DNA of 48,601 bases from Methanobacteriota archaeon (GCA_002730775.1 PCAW01000037.1:1-48601); one strand, 5' to 3'. Shown: positions 39,230 through 48,601, numbered from the stretch's first letter. Program-made: numbers and translations. Notes: generated from the sequence alone by a model not told the origin.

Positions 39230-40504
39230 ATGGGATTATTCGACCGTTTCAAGAAGAAAACAAAAGATGCGGTCGATAGAAACGAGATAACAGTTGAAGA
39301 GGGAACAAACGAGGCAGCAGAGGTTCTCCAGAAAAGAGAAGAATTAATGTCAGCTATAGAGAAACTAAAAAGTAGCGATTCCTCTATTGATAACATGCAG
39401 TTTTTAGAAACAAAAGAAGATGAATGGGATGATTTTTCCGATGAAAAACCCACGAATCCATTTTCCAAAGAAACGAATAAAAAAACTAGGAAAATTGCCC
39501 GAAAGGCAGAAAAAATTGACCGTATTAAATCAATACAGTCAGTTCAAAAAAAACCAATCGATCGTATGAAAACAACTACAGGAAGAAAATTAGTACCGGT
39601 TGTAAAAGAATTTGAAATAGACTTATCAAACGCTAAAGTAACTAAGGGCGGCCAAATAATTCGTGGAGGGCCCGTTTTAGATAAGATACTGTTTGAACTT
39701 GAAGAAGAACTGTTACAATCTGACATGGGGCATTCAGCAGTCATGGAAGTGATAAGTACATTGAAGGCCAATTTAATAGGTTCACGAATCGATATGCGGA
39801 TAGGATTAGAAAGCATCGTGGAAAAAATAGTTTACAAATCATTACAAAATTTACTTGAAGCTGGATACTGGGATTTCGATAGAACAATTCATTCCTTTGT
39901 AACTGAAGAAACCCCTGTCTCAATAATGATAGTTGGTGTTAACGGCACCGGTAAAACTACTACTACAGCAAAAATAGCGCATCGACTTACAGAACAAGGC
40001 TATTCTGTAGTTCTAGCCGCAGCAGATACATTCCGTGCAGGAGCCATAGATCAACTTGCAACACACGCAGAAAGAATCGGTGTTAGATGCATTAAAAGTC
40101 AGAGAGGAGGAGATTCTGCAGCAATTTCTAGAGATGCTATAGAAAGTGCCAAAGCCAGGGGAGATGATATTGTAATTATTGATACTGCTGGTAGAATGCA
40201 AAATAAAACAAATTTAATGGAAGAACTCAGGAAAGTGCATAGAATTACCCAACCCCATTTGGTATTATTCGTTGCTGATGCATTGGCAGGAAACGATGCT
40301 GTGACTCAGGCCAAAGAGTTCCAAAGAATATTAAATTTTGATGGTGTCGCATTGTGTAAATTAGATACCGATGCCAAAGGGGGCGCCGCTCTTTCAATAG
40401 CACATGCTACAGGCAGACCAATCGTTTTAGCAGGAGTCGGACAAGGCTATGATGATTTGAAGGATTTCGACCCAGAATGGTTCTTAGACTCAATCCTAGA
40501 ATGA
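39230..40504 (+). CDS. ftsY: Signal recognition particle receptor FtsY
   Basis: GVNGTGKTTT.AK, DTFRAGA..QL, DTAGR, KLD.DAKGG, GVGQ.Y.DL. Confidence 0.97.
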   Translation: MGLFDRFKKKTKDAVDRNEITVEEGTNEAAEVLQKREELMSAIEKLKSSDSSIDNMQFLETKEDEWDDFSDEKPTNPFSKETNKKTRKIARKAEKIDRIKSIQSVQKKPIDRMKTTTGRKLVPVVKEFEIDLSNAKVTKGGQIIRGGPVLDKILFELEEELLQSDMGHSAVMEVISTLKANLIGSRIDMRIGLESIVEKIVYKSLQNLLEAGYWDFDRTIHSFVTEETPVSIMIVGVNGTGKTTTTAKIAHRLTEQGYSVVLAAADTFRAGAIDQLATHAERIGVRCIKSQRGGDSAAISRDAIESAKARGDDIVIIDTAGRMQNKTNLMEELRKVHRITQPHLVLFVADALAGNDAVTQAKEFQRILNFDGVALCKLDTDAKGGAALSIAHATGRPIVLAGVGQGYDDLKDFDPEWFLDSILE

Positions 40505-40553
40505 CTTTCGCACCGCGTCTTTCATGTATCATACCCCTTGTGTGCGGTTTGAG

Positions 40554-41195
40554 ATGTCACGTGTAGCTCTTGTTGTAGTTGGCAATTCTATCTTAGAGGG
40601 TAGGCTAAGGAACATAATGTCTCGGAGAGACTGGAGCGTTGAAATCTGTCATGATGGAGATAAAGCAGTAGACGAATATGTTCGTTTAGAGCCTGAACTG
40701 GTATTTCTCACACTAGATTTACCAACAATCGACGGCCATATTGCCGCACTTGAAATGAGAGAGACAGACCCTAAAGCCCGTATCATCTTTGTATCTAGCA
40801 AAACGAGATTATCAAAAACTCAGGACGCAGCATATTCTTCAGGAGCAGTCCTTACACTCGTCACCCCTGTCGCATTTAGTGATATAGATGAAAAATGGGA
40901 AGAAATTATGGGAGATATTCCTGAGGCCCCCGGTCTTCCTGATTTGGATGCCTTGTATCCGGAGTTAGAAGAGCCAGAGCCAGTATTGCCACCTCTTCCT
41001 GAACTTCCTCCTCTACCTCCTCTACCTGTAGAGCCGCAAACTCTAATTGAAAAACCAAAGAAAAAACGCGGACAGAAATTAAAGTTACTAATCTTGTTAA
41101 CAATTCTTATTGGTTCAGGATTAGGCATAGCTCACTATTTGGAATATATCGATATTAAAGAGTTTTATGACAATTTACTCGGTTTTTTCAACTAG
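40554..41195 (+). CDS. Atypical (pseudo) receiver-domain protein with Pro-rich linker and C-terminal TM anchor
   Basis: DG..AV..Y....PELVFLTLDLP.IDG....L.EMR..DP.ARII.VS...A...GA follows the REC pattern but lacks the phospho-acceptor Asp. Confidence 0.8.
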   Translation: MSRVALVVVGNSILEGRLRNIMSRRDWSVEICHDGDKAVDEYVRLEPELVFLTLDLPTIDGHIAALEMRETDPKARIIFVSSKTRLSKTQDAAYSSGAVLTLVTPVAFSDIDEKWEEIMGDIPEAPGLPDLDALYPELEEPEPVLPPLPELPPLPPLPVEPQTLIEKPKKKRGQKLKLLILLTILIGSGLGIAHYLEYIDIKEFYDNLLGFFN

Positions 41196-41426
41196 GATAG
41201 CAGGCACAGAATCTACAAATGAGCTTCCTTTTGGAGCACTAGTCAGGACTTCAATTTTTACCGTAGAGTCATTCAACAACGTTTCATCATTATTGTCTAG
41301 TCGATAATTAAGTCGCCAGCGTTTTAGAACTTCTCTTGCAAGAATGAATATTGTAAGAAGCGAGATCCCAATTGCAGCAAACCAGTATGTTGCATACAGG
41401 GCAAGTTCTTCAATTGGTGTAGACAT
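41175..41426 (-). CDS. Small single-TM hypothetical protein
   Basis: One hydrophobic helix; starts immediately after the pyrF stop. Confidence 0.7.
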   Translation of the reverse strand: MSTPIEELALYATYWFAAIGISLLTIFILAREVLKRWRLNYRLDNNDETLLNDSTVKIEVLTSAPKGSSFVDSVPAILVEKTE

Positions 41427-42227
41427 TTATTTTCCTCGTTCAAGAATTGCTTCCCATGAAGCATCGGCATATGCCTTTGCAGCTGTAACACGATCACTTT
41501 GACCATGAATTCCTGAACCAACAATAATGATATCTGCTCCCGATGTTATACTATCTTTAGGATTTCCATATCTCTGACCCATTTTTCCCGCTCCAGAATC
41601 TAGGTTGATACCTGGTGTCCAAATCATTTGACTCTCTCCCACTAAAGACCTCAATTGAATTATTTCTTCAGTAGAACTTCCGTTACCAATGTATCCAATT
41701 ACATGAGGCGAGCCCTTACCTGTTTCAATAGTGTTTTTTGTGTAATCAGGACTTAGAAGGTTACCACGACTTGACATTTGTGCTAATAGCAAAATACCTC
41801 CAATCCGTTCTACATCTGCCCAACCTGCTGCAATCCCATCTACAATATCTGGGCCCGAAATTCGATGTGCTGTTACAATATCTGCCCAAGAACGAATATC
41901 ATAAATTCCGGCCATTTGATTTTGTGATATTTTTCCAATATCGGCAAATTTTCTATCTTCAAAGAGTAATAAATCTAAGGAAGCTGCTAATTCTGTTAAT
42001 TTCCTCCAATCATCTCTATTGAAATCCTTTACCATGTCTACATGAGTTTTCAAAGCTGCAATATATGGTCCTACTTCCGTAATTAATTCAATTAAATCAG
42101 AGATAGATTCCATGTCTGCTGCTAGACATACAAGCGATTTCTTTTTTGTAGCGACTTCCATAATACGATGAGCCAAAGGATTTGCGCAATTTTCCCATCT
42201 TGAACCCCATACTGTCTGAGCCTCCAT
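41427..42227 (-). CDS. pyrF: Orotidine-5'-phosphate decarboxylase
   Basis: CLAAD, LKTHVD, FEDRKFADIG, LLLAQMSS.GNL, TPGI, GQRY, GADIIIVG.GI. Confidence 0.96.
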   Translation of the reverse strand: MEAQTVWGSRWENCANPLAHRIMEVATKKKSLVCLAADMESISDLIELITEVGPYIAALKTHVDMVKDFNRDDWRKLTELAASLDLLLFEDRKFADIGKISQNQMAGIYDIRSWADIVTAHRISGPDIVDGIAAGWADVERIGGILLLAQMSSRGNLLSPDYTKNTIETGKGSPHVIGYIGNGSSTEEIIQLRSLVGESQMIWTPGINLDSGAGKMGQRYGNPKDSITSGADIIIVGSGIHGQSDRVTAAKAYADASWEAILERGK

Positions 42228-42352
42228 GTTTCCAAACACATACCATAGGTATGTTAACTCATCGCCTATTTTTATGAGATTAAGCCTATGCTTCGCACCA
42301 CTTTGATTATTGACGAGTTGTTACGGGAACTACTCATAGGCGGCGGAACCAG

Positions 42353-45300
42353 ATGGGCCAAGTACAATTTTTCAACTTTCAAGTTGCCACTCGAGACATA
42401 GAAGGTTTGACCGATGCTCGCGGGGAATCAATCAAAGCAATGTTGAAATCAGATTATTCTATTTTAGTAAATTCTGTAAGGGTGATATTAGGTTATCAGG
42501 TAAAATCAAATATTTCTGAGAAAGAAGCAGAACGCGCGATATACGACTTATTCGCAGACCCTATTATTGAGTTCGGTACTTTGAATCAATCATTAATAGA
42601 CAATAAAAAATTATTTCCGAAATCTCCTGAAATAGCAATCACCGTTGGATTCAAACCGGGTGTTACAGATAATGCAGGACAAGCAGGTTTAGACGGTTTA
42701 ACGACAATTTTTCCAGAAGTTACGGAAGAATCTCAAGTTTCTACAACTATGACGTATTTATTTTGGGGTGTTCCGAACGATGTTACACCAACGTGGTTGG
42801 CCAGTAAGTTGCACAATCAAATGATTGAACGAGCTAGTATTTCTGATAGAAAAGAATGTTTAAACTCAAACTGGCCAAAATTAGATTTTCCAGAGAGACC
42901 GGTGTTGATGGAACAACCATCGTCAACAGTCAATCTAGAAGTAAGCGATGAAGAATTAATTGAAATTAGCGAAAAGGGACTTTTAGCCTTAAATTTAGAA
43001 GAAATGAAAGCAATACAAGCCAATTATAGAAAACCTACAGTGCGTTCTGCAAGAAAGAAATTAGGTCTTCCAGAAAACGCTCCAACGGATGCAGAACTTG
43101 AGTGCCTTGCCCAAACATGGTCGGAACATTGCTGTCACAAAATATTTGCAGCCAACATCCATCATGTAGATCATGAGACCGGTGAAGATACTTACATTGA
43201 TTCATTATTCAAAACTCATATTATGAAACCAACATTGGATATACAATCAGAAGTTGATTGGTTGCTGAGTATATTTCATGACAACTCAGGAGTAATTGCT
43301 TGGAATGATTCATGGAGTCTATGTATCAAAGCAGAGACTCATAATTCTCCAAGTGCTCTAGATCCTTATGGAGGTGCAATGACAGGAATAGTAGGGGTAA
43401 ATCGCGATATCTTGGGTACTGGTTTAGGTGCAAGACCAATAGCTAATACAGATGTATTTTGTTTCGGCCCACCAGATTATTCTGGTTACTTGCCTGAAGG
43501 CTTATTCCATCCTTCTAGGGTATTCCGAGGAGTACACGCAGGAGTACGAGCAGGTGGTAACGAGTCAGGAATTCCGACTGTAAACGGGGCAATTGTTTTT
43601 GATGAGAGATATTTAGGTAAACCATTAGTTTACTGCGGAACCGTTGGCATAATGCCTAGGAAACTACCCGATGGAAGACAGAGCCATGCTAAGACTCCAA
43701 AACCGGGCAATATCATTTACATGGTTGGTGGAAGAGTTGGCAGCGACGGAATCCACGGGGCAACATTTTCGAGTCTTGAATTGACAGAAGATAGCCCTTC
43801 CTCTGCAGTTCAGATAGGAGACCCAATCACTCAAAAGAAAATGATAGATATGGTTTTGGAAGCTAGAGACCTAGGATTAATACAGGTAATCACTGATAAT
43901 GGTGCAGGCGGGCTATCTAGTAGTGTTGGTGAATTAGCAGAATTAACCGGCGGTGCAGATTTAGATTTAGGAGCAGTACCTCTGAAACAACCTGGATTGA
44001 GCAAATGGGAGATATTAGTTTCAGAATCCCAAGAGAGGATGACAATCGGCATCAATCCCGAAGACTGTGAAGCGTTTGAAAAATTAGCAAGGTTACACGA
44101 AGTCGAAGCCACTGCAGTAGGCAAATTTACAGATTCAGGCGCGTTTGTTGTACGTTATGGTGCTGAAACAGTTGCTCATTTACCAATCTCGTTCTTACAT
44201 GATGGCTGCCCTCAATTACAATTGGAATCAGAATGGCAAGAACCAAAACATCGTCCAATTATATTCCCATCCGCAGGTGCAGTTGAGATGGGAAAAATCC
44301 TATCGAGATTGATGGCGAGGCCTAACGTTGCTAGTAAAGAATGGTGGGTGAGGTCATATGATCACGAAGTCATTGCCCAGTCAGTCATCAAACCATTTTG
44401 TGGAGTAAATCACGATGCTCCGGGAGATGCAGCGGTAATCGCGCCAATTCAAGGAAAAACACAAGGAGCGGTGATTTCAAACGGAATTGTTCCAAGGTAT
44501 TCAGACATTGATTCGTATGCTATGGCGGCAGCCAGTATAGATGAGGCGTTACGAAATGCAGTATGTGTAGGTGTAGATTTAGAATTAATCGCCGGCCTTG
44601 ACAATTTTTGCTGGCCAGATCCTGTAGAATCCGCGAAAACACCCGATGGACGATATAAATTAGCACAATTAGTTAGAGCAAACAGAGCATTAGATGAAGT
44701 ATGTAGAGCCTATAACCTACCATGTATAAGTGGTAAAGATTCTATGAAAAATGATGCTACATTAGATGGTGAAAAAATCAGTGTTCCTCCCACGCTTTTA
44801 TTCAGCTTAATTGGCAATCACTCGGATGTGAGAAAGGCGGTATCCAGTGACTTCAAACAAGTTGGAGACATGATATATCTTATCGGAGAAACTCACCAAG
44901 AGTTGGGTGCTAGCGAATTAGCTTTCATGTTACGTGATGAATCAAATGGAGAGAGTGGAATCGGAGGACGAGTTCCACAGATTGACACATCTAGAAATTT
45001 ATCACTCTATCATAGTCTGACGAAAGCCATGTCAAATGAATTAGTTTCAAGTGCTCATGATTGTAGTGATGCCGGACTTGCGGCTGCAGTAGCAGAATGT
45101 TGTTTTGGATGTGACTCAGGTGCTGATTTAGATATTTCAGATATATTCCATGCAGATATTAATTTGAATGACTGGGGGGCTCTATTCGGGGAGAGCCTTG
45201 GTAGAATTTTAGTTAGCGTAAAACCAGAAAATTCTAAACTTTTTGAGGCTTCTATGGAAGGACATGAATGTAATTACTTAGGTAAAGTTAGCTCTAACGA

Positions 45301-45400
45301 TGAAATAATAATTACAAGCTCAAACAGTCCTGTTTTGGCTGCTTCAATGTCTGAACTTAGAGACTCTTGGAAAGGCACCTTGAACGGAGGTAGAAATTAA
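42353..45400 (+). CDS. purL: FGAM synthase subunit PurL with N-terminal PurS-like extensions
   Basis: AQTWSEHC.HK, KAETHNSPS, GGA.TG..G..RD, GIHGATFSS, D.GAGGL, SESQERM, SGKDS, HD.S..GL. Confidence 0.96.
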   Translation: MGQVQFFNFQVATRDIEGLTDARGESIKAMLKSDYSILVNSVRVILGYQVKSNISEKEAERAIYDLFADPIIEFGTLNQSLIDNKKLFPKSPEIAITVGFKPGVTDNAGQAGLDGLTTIFPEVTEESQVSTTMTYLFWGVPNDVTPTWLASKLHNQMIERASISDRKECLNSNWPKLDFPERPVLMEQPSSTVNLEVSDEELIEISEKGLLALNLEEMKAIQANYRKPTVRSARKKLGLPENAPTDAELECLAQTWSEHCCHKIFAANIHHVDHETGEDTYIDSLFKTHIMKPTLDIQSEVDWLLSIFHDNSGVIAWNDSWSLCIKAETHNSPSALDPYGGAMTGIVGVNRDILGTGLGARPIANTDVFCFGPPDYSGYLPEGLFHPSRVFRGVHAGVRAGGNESGIPTVNGAIVFDERYLGKPLVYCGTVGIMPRKLPDGRQSHAKTPKPGNIIYMVGGRVGSDGIHGATFSSLELTEDSPSSAVQIGDPITQKKMIDMVLEARDLGLIQVITDNGAGGLSSSVGELAELTGGADLDLGAVPLKQPGLSKWEILVSESQERMTIGINPEDCEAFEKLARLHEVEATAVGKFTDSGAFVVRYGAETVAHLPISFLHDGCPQLQLESEWQEPKHRPIIFPSAGAVEMGKILSRLMARPNVASKEWWVRSYDHEVIAQSVIKPFCGVNHDAPGDAAVIAPIQGKTQGAVISNGIVPRYSDIDSYAMAAASIDEALRNAVCVGVDLELIAGLDNFCWPDPVESAKTPDGRYKLAQLVRANRALDEVCRAYNLPCISGKDSMKNDATLDGEKISVPPTLLFSLIGNHSDVRKAVSSDFKQVGDMIYLIGETHQELGASELAFMLRDESNGESGIGGRVPQIDTSRNLSLYHSLTKAMSNELVSSAHDCSDAGLAAAVAECCFGCDSGADLDISDIFHADINLNDWGALFGESLGRILVSVKPENSKLFEASMEGHECNYLGKVSSNDEIIITSSNSPVLAASMSELRDSWKGTLNGGRN

Positions 45401-46218
45401 TGATGATACCTAGAGTGGCAGTGCTTTCTGGTTTTGGAATTAATTGTGAGACGGAAACAATGGCGGTTTTCGAAATGGCAGGGGCCAAAGCAGACAGAGT
45501 CCATGTGAATAGACTGGTCAATGGTGAATTAAATCTAGAAGATTACCACATTATGGCTGTACCGGGGGGCTTTTCCTTCGGCGACCATTTGGGAAGTGGC
45601 AGATTGATGGGCAATAGGCTACGTTTCGGACTGCGTGAACAAGTGAGAAATTTTGTCAAATCCGGTAAACCAGTAATTGGGATATGCAATGGCTTTCAAG
45701 TACTTGTGAAAATGGGATTATTACCAGGTGACGATGATGTCAGTTTAACTCAAACAGCATCCTTAGCGTTGAATGATTCGGGCCATTATGAGAATCGTTG
45801 GGCTACGTTAGAGTTCGATTCCCAAAGCCACTGCATTTGGACTAAAGGAATGACAAGAATCCGAGTTCCTGTACGCCATGGTGAAGGAAAATTCGTAACA
45901 GCAGACAAAAGTCTGCTTGATGACTGGCGTGATGCAGGACAACTAGTTGTAAAATATGTAGATCCTACAAGTGAATACCCTTCTTCAAGTGATGAAATAT
46001 TACCATATCCAATTTCTCCCAATCAGAGTTGGAGAAATATTGCAGGTGTATGTGATCCATCGGGATTAGTATTCGGTTTAATGCCTCACCCCGAAGCAAA
46101 TCATTCAACATGGTTAGGCGCAACTTGGACTAGAGAAGATATAGAACATGGTGAAGGAGAAGGTATGATAATATTCAGAAATGCCGTAAATTATGTTACA
46201 GAAAATTTCGATAATTAA
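45400..46218 (+). CDS. purQ: FGAM synthase glutaminase subunit PurQ
   Basis: G.GINC..E, PGGFSFGD, GICNGFQ, HGEG, GLMPHPE. Confidence 0.97.
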   Translation: MMIPRVAVLSGFGINCETETMAVFEMAGAKADRVHVNRLVNGELNLEDYHIMAVPGGFSFGDHLGSGRLMGNRLRFGLREQVRNFVKSGKPVIGICNGFQVLVKMGLLPGDDDVSLTQTASLALNDSGHYENRWATLEFDSQSHCIWTKGMTRIRVPVRHGEGKFVTADKSLLDDWRDAGQLVVKYVDPTSEYPSSSDEILPYPISPNQSWRNIAGVCDPSGLVFGLMPHPEANHSTWLGATWTREDIEHGEGEGMIIFRNAVNYVTENFDN

Positions 46219-46258
46219 AATGAAAATCTTCATCCAATAGATATCTATCGGCATTATT

Positions 46259-46873
46259 ATGACAACTCGTGATGCCACTGAATTATTCTCTGAATGGGCT
46301 CTAAGAAATAGAGACGAAGGGATGGAAAGTGGGCATGCAAATTCAGTCAATGAAATGTTAAATATCGCAATTTCAATGCTTGAAAAGCCATTTTCAGCGA
46401 TAGATGTTGGTTGTGGAAACGGTTGGACATGCCGCAAATTACAATCAAATGATAATTGTAGCAAGGTAGTCGGTATTGACGGTTCTATTGAAATGATCAA
46501 CAAGGCAAAACAAAAGAGTACGAGCGATTTCCATTTAGCAAAACTTCCAGGATGGAAACCTTCACAGAAGTTCGATTTAATTCATTCAATGGAATTTCTG
46601 TATTACTTGAAAGACCCATTGGAAATGTTGAAAGTTTTCTTCAACGAATGGCTGAATGACAAAGGGGTGTTAATTGCAGGAGTAGATCATTATTTAGAAA
46701 ATGCTGCTAGTCTTGATTGGCCAAAATCTCTTAATGTACATATGACAACATTGAGTGAAGAACAATGGAGACAAGGCATGGTTGATGCCGGATTCACTGA
46801 AGTTGAAACACGACGAGTAGGACTCAAGTCAGGATTTGTCGGCACTTTAGCGATATCTGGTCGAAAGCCGTGA
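46259..46873 (+). CDS. Class I SAM-dependent methyltransferase
   Basis: IDVGCGNGW, GIDGS..MI, FDLIHSME.LYY. Confidence 0.92.
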   Translation: MTTRDATELFSEWALRNRDEGMESGHANSVNEMLNIAISMLEKPFSAIDVGCGNGWTCRKLQSNDNCSKVVGIDGSIEMINKAKQKSTSDFHLAKLPGWKPSQKFDLIHSMEFLYYLKDPLEMLKVFFNEWLNDKGVLIAGVDHYLENAASLDWPKSLNVHMTTLSEEQWRQGMVDAGFTEVETRRVGLKSGFVGTLAISGRKP

Positions 46874-46883
46874 AATACTCAAT

Positions 46884-47288
46884 CTATTCTTTCTCTTGGT
46901 GCAAGTATCCTGAGACGGTCAGTCCACCCAAAAACAAGAACGGAGGGACTAGGAAGGCAACGCCTGGCATTTCGTACCCCGTATCGCCAAGTAAGACAAA
47001 CATAACTAGGAAAAAACCCATCATAATACCTCCATTTGCCATAGCAAATTTAGCTTGGGAAGAACCACTCAAGACAAACGCGCATGCTAAGCCCATTACT
47101 CCAAAGCCGGCCATGAACAACCCGAAGAGCTTCTCCATAGCAATACTCTGGTCGTTTACTCCATCGGCCCCCCAGGCACTGTCCGCCCAACTTTCGGCAT
47201 TTATATTGTTCTCGATACCACCAATTAGAGCCATTGCTCCGCAAATGATATACCATATTTTTGGTTGAAATATTGTTTTTGCATCCAT
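46884..47288 (-). CDS. Hypothetical four-TM membrane protein
   Basis: Four hydrophobic segments; strong SD AAGGAG upstream of ATG 47288. Confidence 0.8.
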   Translation of the reverse strand: MDAKTIFQPKIWYIICGAMALIGGIENNINAESWADSAWGADGVNDQSIAMEKLFGLFMAGFGVMGLACAFVLSGSSQAKFAMANGGIMMGFFLVMFVLLGDTGYEMPGVAFLVPPFLFLGGLTVSGYLHQEKE

Positions 47289-47416
47289 AATTAAATCTCC
47301 TTTCACGAGTGTCAATACACTCTCAATCCTTCCTTAAACTTCAAGCATATAGAGATTCTCTATAGAAACGATACCAAATTAAGAAAGTTGAATGCTCTGA
47401 ACGATTTCCCAAGGCT

Positions 47417-48313
47417 ATGACTGACCCAAACATCACGGTTGAAGAGGAAGCAACAGTCATAGAGATATTGTCATTATTACACCCGGATGCAAAAAAGAAT
47501 TCTCTTCGACGAATGGTCGATCATGGTAGAGTAATAGCCGACGGAATTAAAGTAAGTAGGGCTAATACCAAAATTTCTCCTGGCACTACAATCACGGTCC
47601 TTTCTAAATCAGATGGTAATGAAACAGTTGGCAAGTATAAAACTATAATTCCTGAACCTGAAGTACTATATTCGGACAAATCAATAATTGTTGCCAATAA
47701 ACCAGCAGGTCTTCTTTCAGTAGCGACCGATCGAGGAGAGGCAGATACTATGTTTTCTCGAGTTTTTGCTTGGGCCTGGGAAAATGGAAACACTAGAGCC
47801 CATCTTGTCCATAGACTAGATAGAGAAACATCAGGATGCTTGATTTTTGCGCGCTCAACAGAAATACGCGATATGCTACAAGAACAGTTCAAAGACAGAT
47901 CTATTGAACGAATATATCATGCGGTTGTCCATCGTAAACCACCTACTAATTCGGGCGTTGAAACAGGCCGTATTCAAGAAATGAAAGACAAGAGGATGAG
48001 GCTTGTTCCCGAAGGACGTCGCGCTGGTAAATCAGCAATTACTAACTGGTGGTTAGAAGACACAGGACCTGAGCATAGCTTAATTCGAATCAAGATAGAT
48101 ACTGGCCGCCGTGCACAGATTCGTCTTCATATGGCAAACCTGGGCTGTCCGGTAATAGGAGATACGAGGCATGGATTCGGTAAAGCTAGTATTAACAGAC
48201 TCTGTTTACACGCAACCTCTCTCGGCTTTATGCATCCTAATGGTAAATCAATGAAAGTCGAAAGCCCAATACCCAGACAATTGATTTCCGAATTGAAAAG
48301 ACGTTTAGGGTAA
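47417..48313 (+). CDS. RluA-family pseudouridine synthase with N-terminal S4-like domain
   Basis: NKPAGLL, VHRLDRETSG, Y.AVV, A.T, TGR..QIR.HM...G.PVIGD, RL.LHA. Confidence 0.94.
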   Translation: MTDPNITVEEEATVIEILSLLHPDAKKNSLRRMVDHGRVIADGIKVSRANTKISPGTTITVLSKSDGNETVGKYKTIIPEPEVLYSDKSIIVANKPAGLLSVATDRGEADTMFSRVFAWAWENGNTRAHLVHRLDRETSGCLIFARSTEIRDMLQEQFKDRSIERIYHAVVHRKPPTNSGVETGRIQEMKDKRMRLVPEGRRAGKSAITNWWLEDTGPEHSLIRIKIDTGRRAQIRLHMANLGCPVIGDTRHGFGKASINRLCLHATSLGFMHPNGKSMKVESPIPRQLISELKRRLG

Positions 48314-48601
48314 TCATTCTTCTTCTATAGACATGTTGATTATTTTCCTGGGCATGTATAATTTAACCAAAATAGCATTCAACATAGCAATTATTCCCAT
48401 TACTGTTGCTGAAGCGATCATTCCTTCCATAAATGCGAGTTGTGCATTTTCAATCAAAGCAGCGCCTAACATATTCCCATTCTCTAACATCTCCGCCCCT
48501 ATTTGCATCGCGGCTGGAAACGACTCTAGTGGAACAGTACCCAAATCTAATCCATCAGGTATGGTCATATTTCTTTGATAGTATTCGTTCAAAACGCTAC
48601 C
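48314..48601 (-). CDS. C-terminal end of a probable MFS (DHA2-like) transporter, truncated by the window edge
   Basis: Frame is open to the window end (GSVLNEYY...), then ES..AA...A..AF..G and a final TM helix. Confidence 0.65.
   Translation of the reverse strand, partial: GSVLNEYYQRNMTIPDGLDLGTVPLESFPAAMQIGAEMLENGNMLGAALIENAQLAFMEGMIASATVMGIIAMLNAILVKLYMPRKIINMSIEEE

Noticed and set aside
900..48578. Many 60-150 aa ORFs nested in or antisense to the called genes
   Set aside because: They overlap well-supported CDSs and show no recognisable motifs

Overview
Gene-dense, AT-rich archaeal chromosome segment. It most likely comes from Marine Group II Euryarchaeota (Poseidoniales, Thermoplasmatota); this is inferred from archaeal markers (Dph5, Trm5, GGGP synthase, LX/L18Ae, prefoldin alpha, FtsY, beta-CASP nuclease) mixed with many bacterial-type metabolic genes and secreted S8/Asp-box proteins. 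It contains tRNA-Asp(GUC) and about 45 CDSs. No CRISPR array, rRNA, integrase or transposase was seen. The strongest unannotated signal is a probable replication origin at ~29.62-29.81 kb: two inverted origin-recognition boxes (ORBs) with G-strings flank an AT-rich core, gene orientation flips there, and no orc1/cdc6 gene lies in the window. Other notable items are a membrane protein with an MVL-type mannan-binding lectin domain next to the tRNA, a bacterial cysQ-cysD-cysNC block inside the LX-pfdA-ftsY cluster, an Lrp/PLP-lyase/EamB-like module with phased operator repeats, a tail-anchored pseudo-receiver protein, and a GGR-HAD-MMPL-SDR run. Product calls come from recalled motifs, not database searches. 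Several start codons were moved from the ORF track to remove overlaps.
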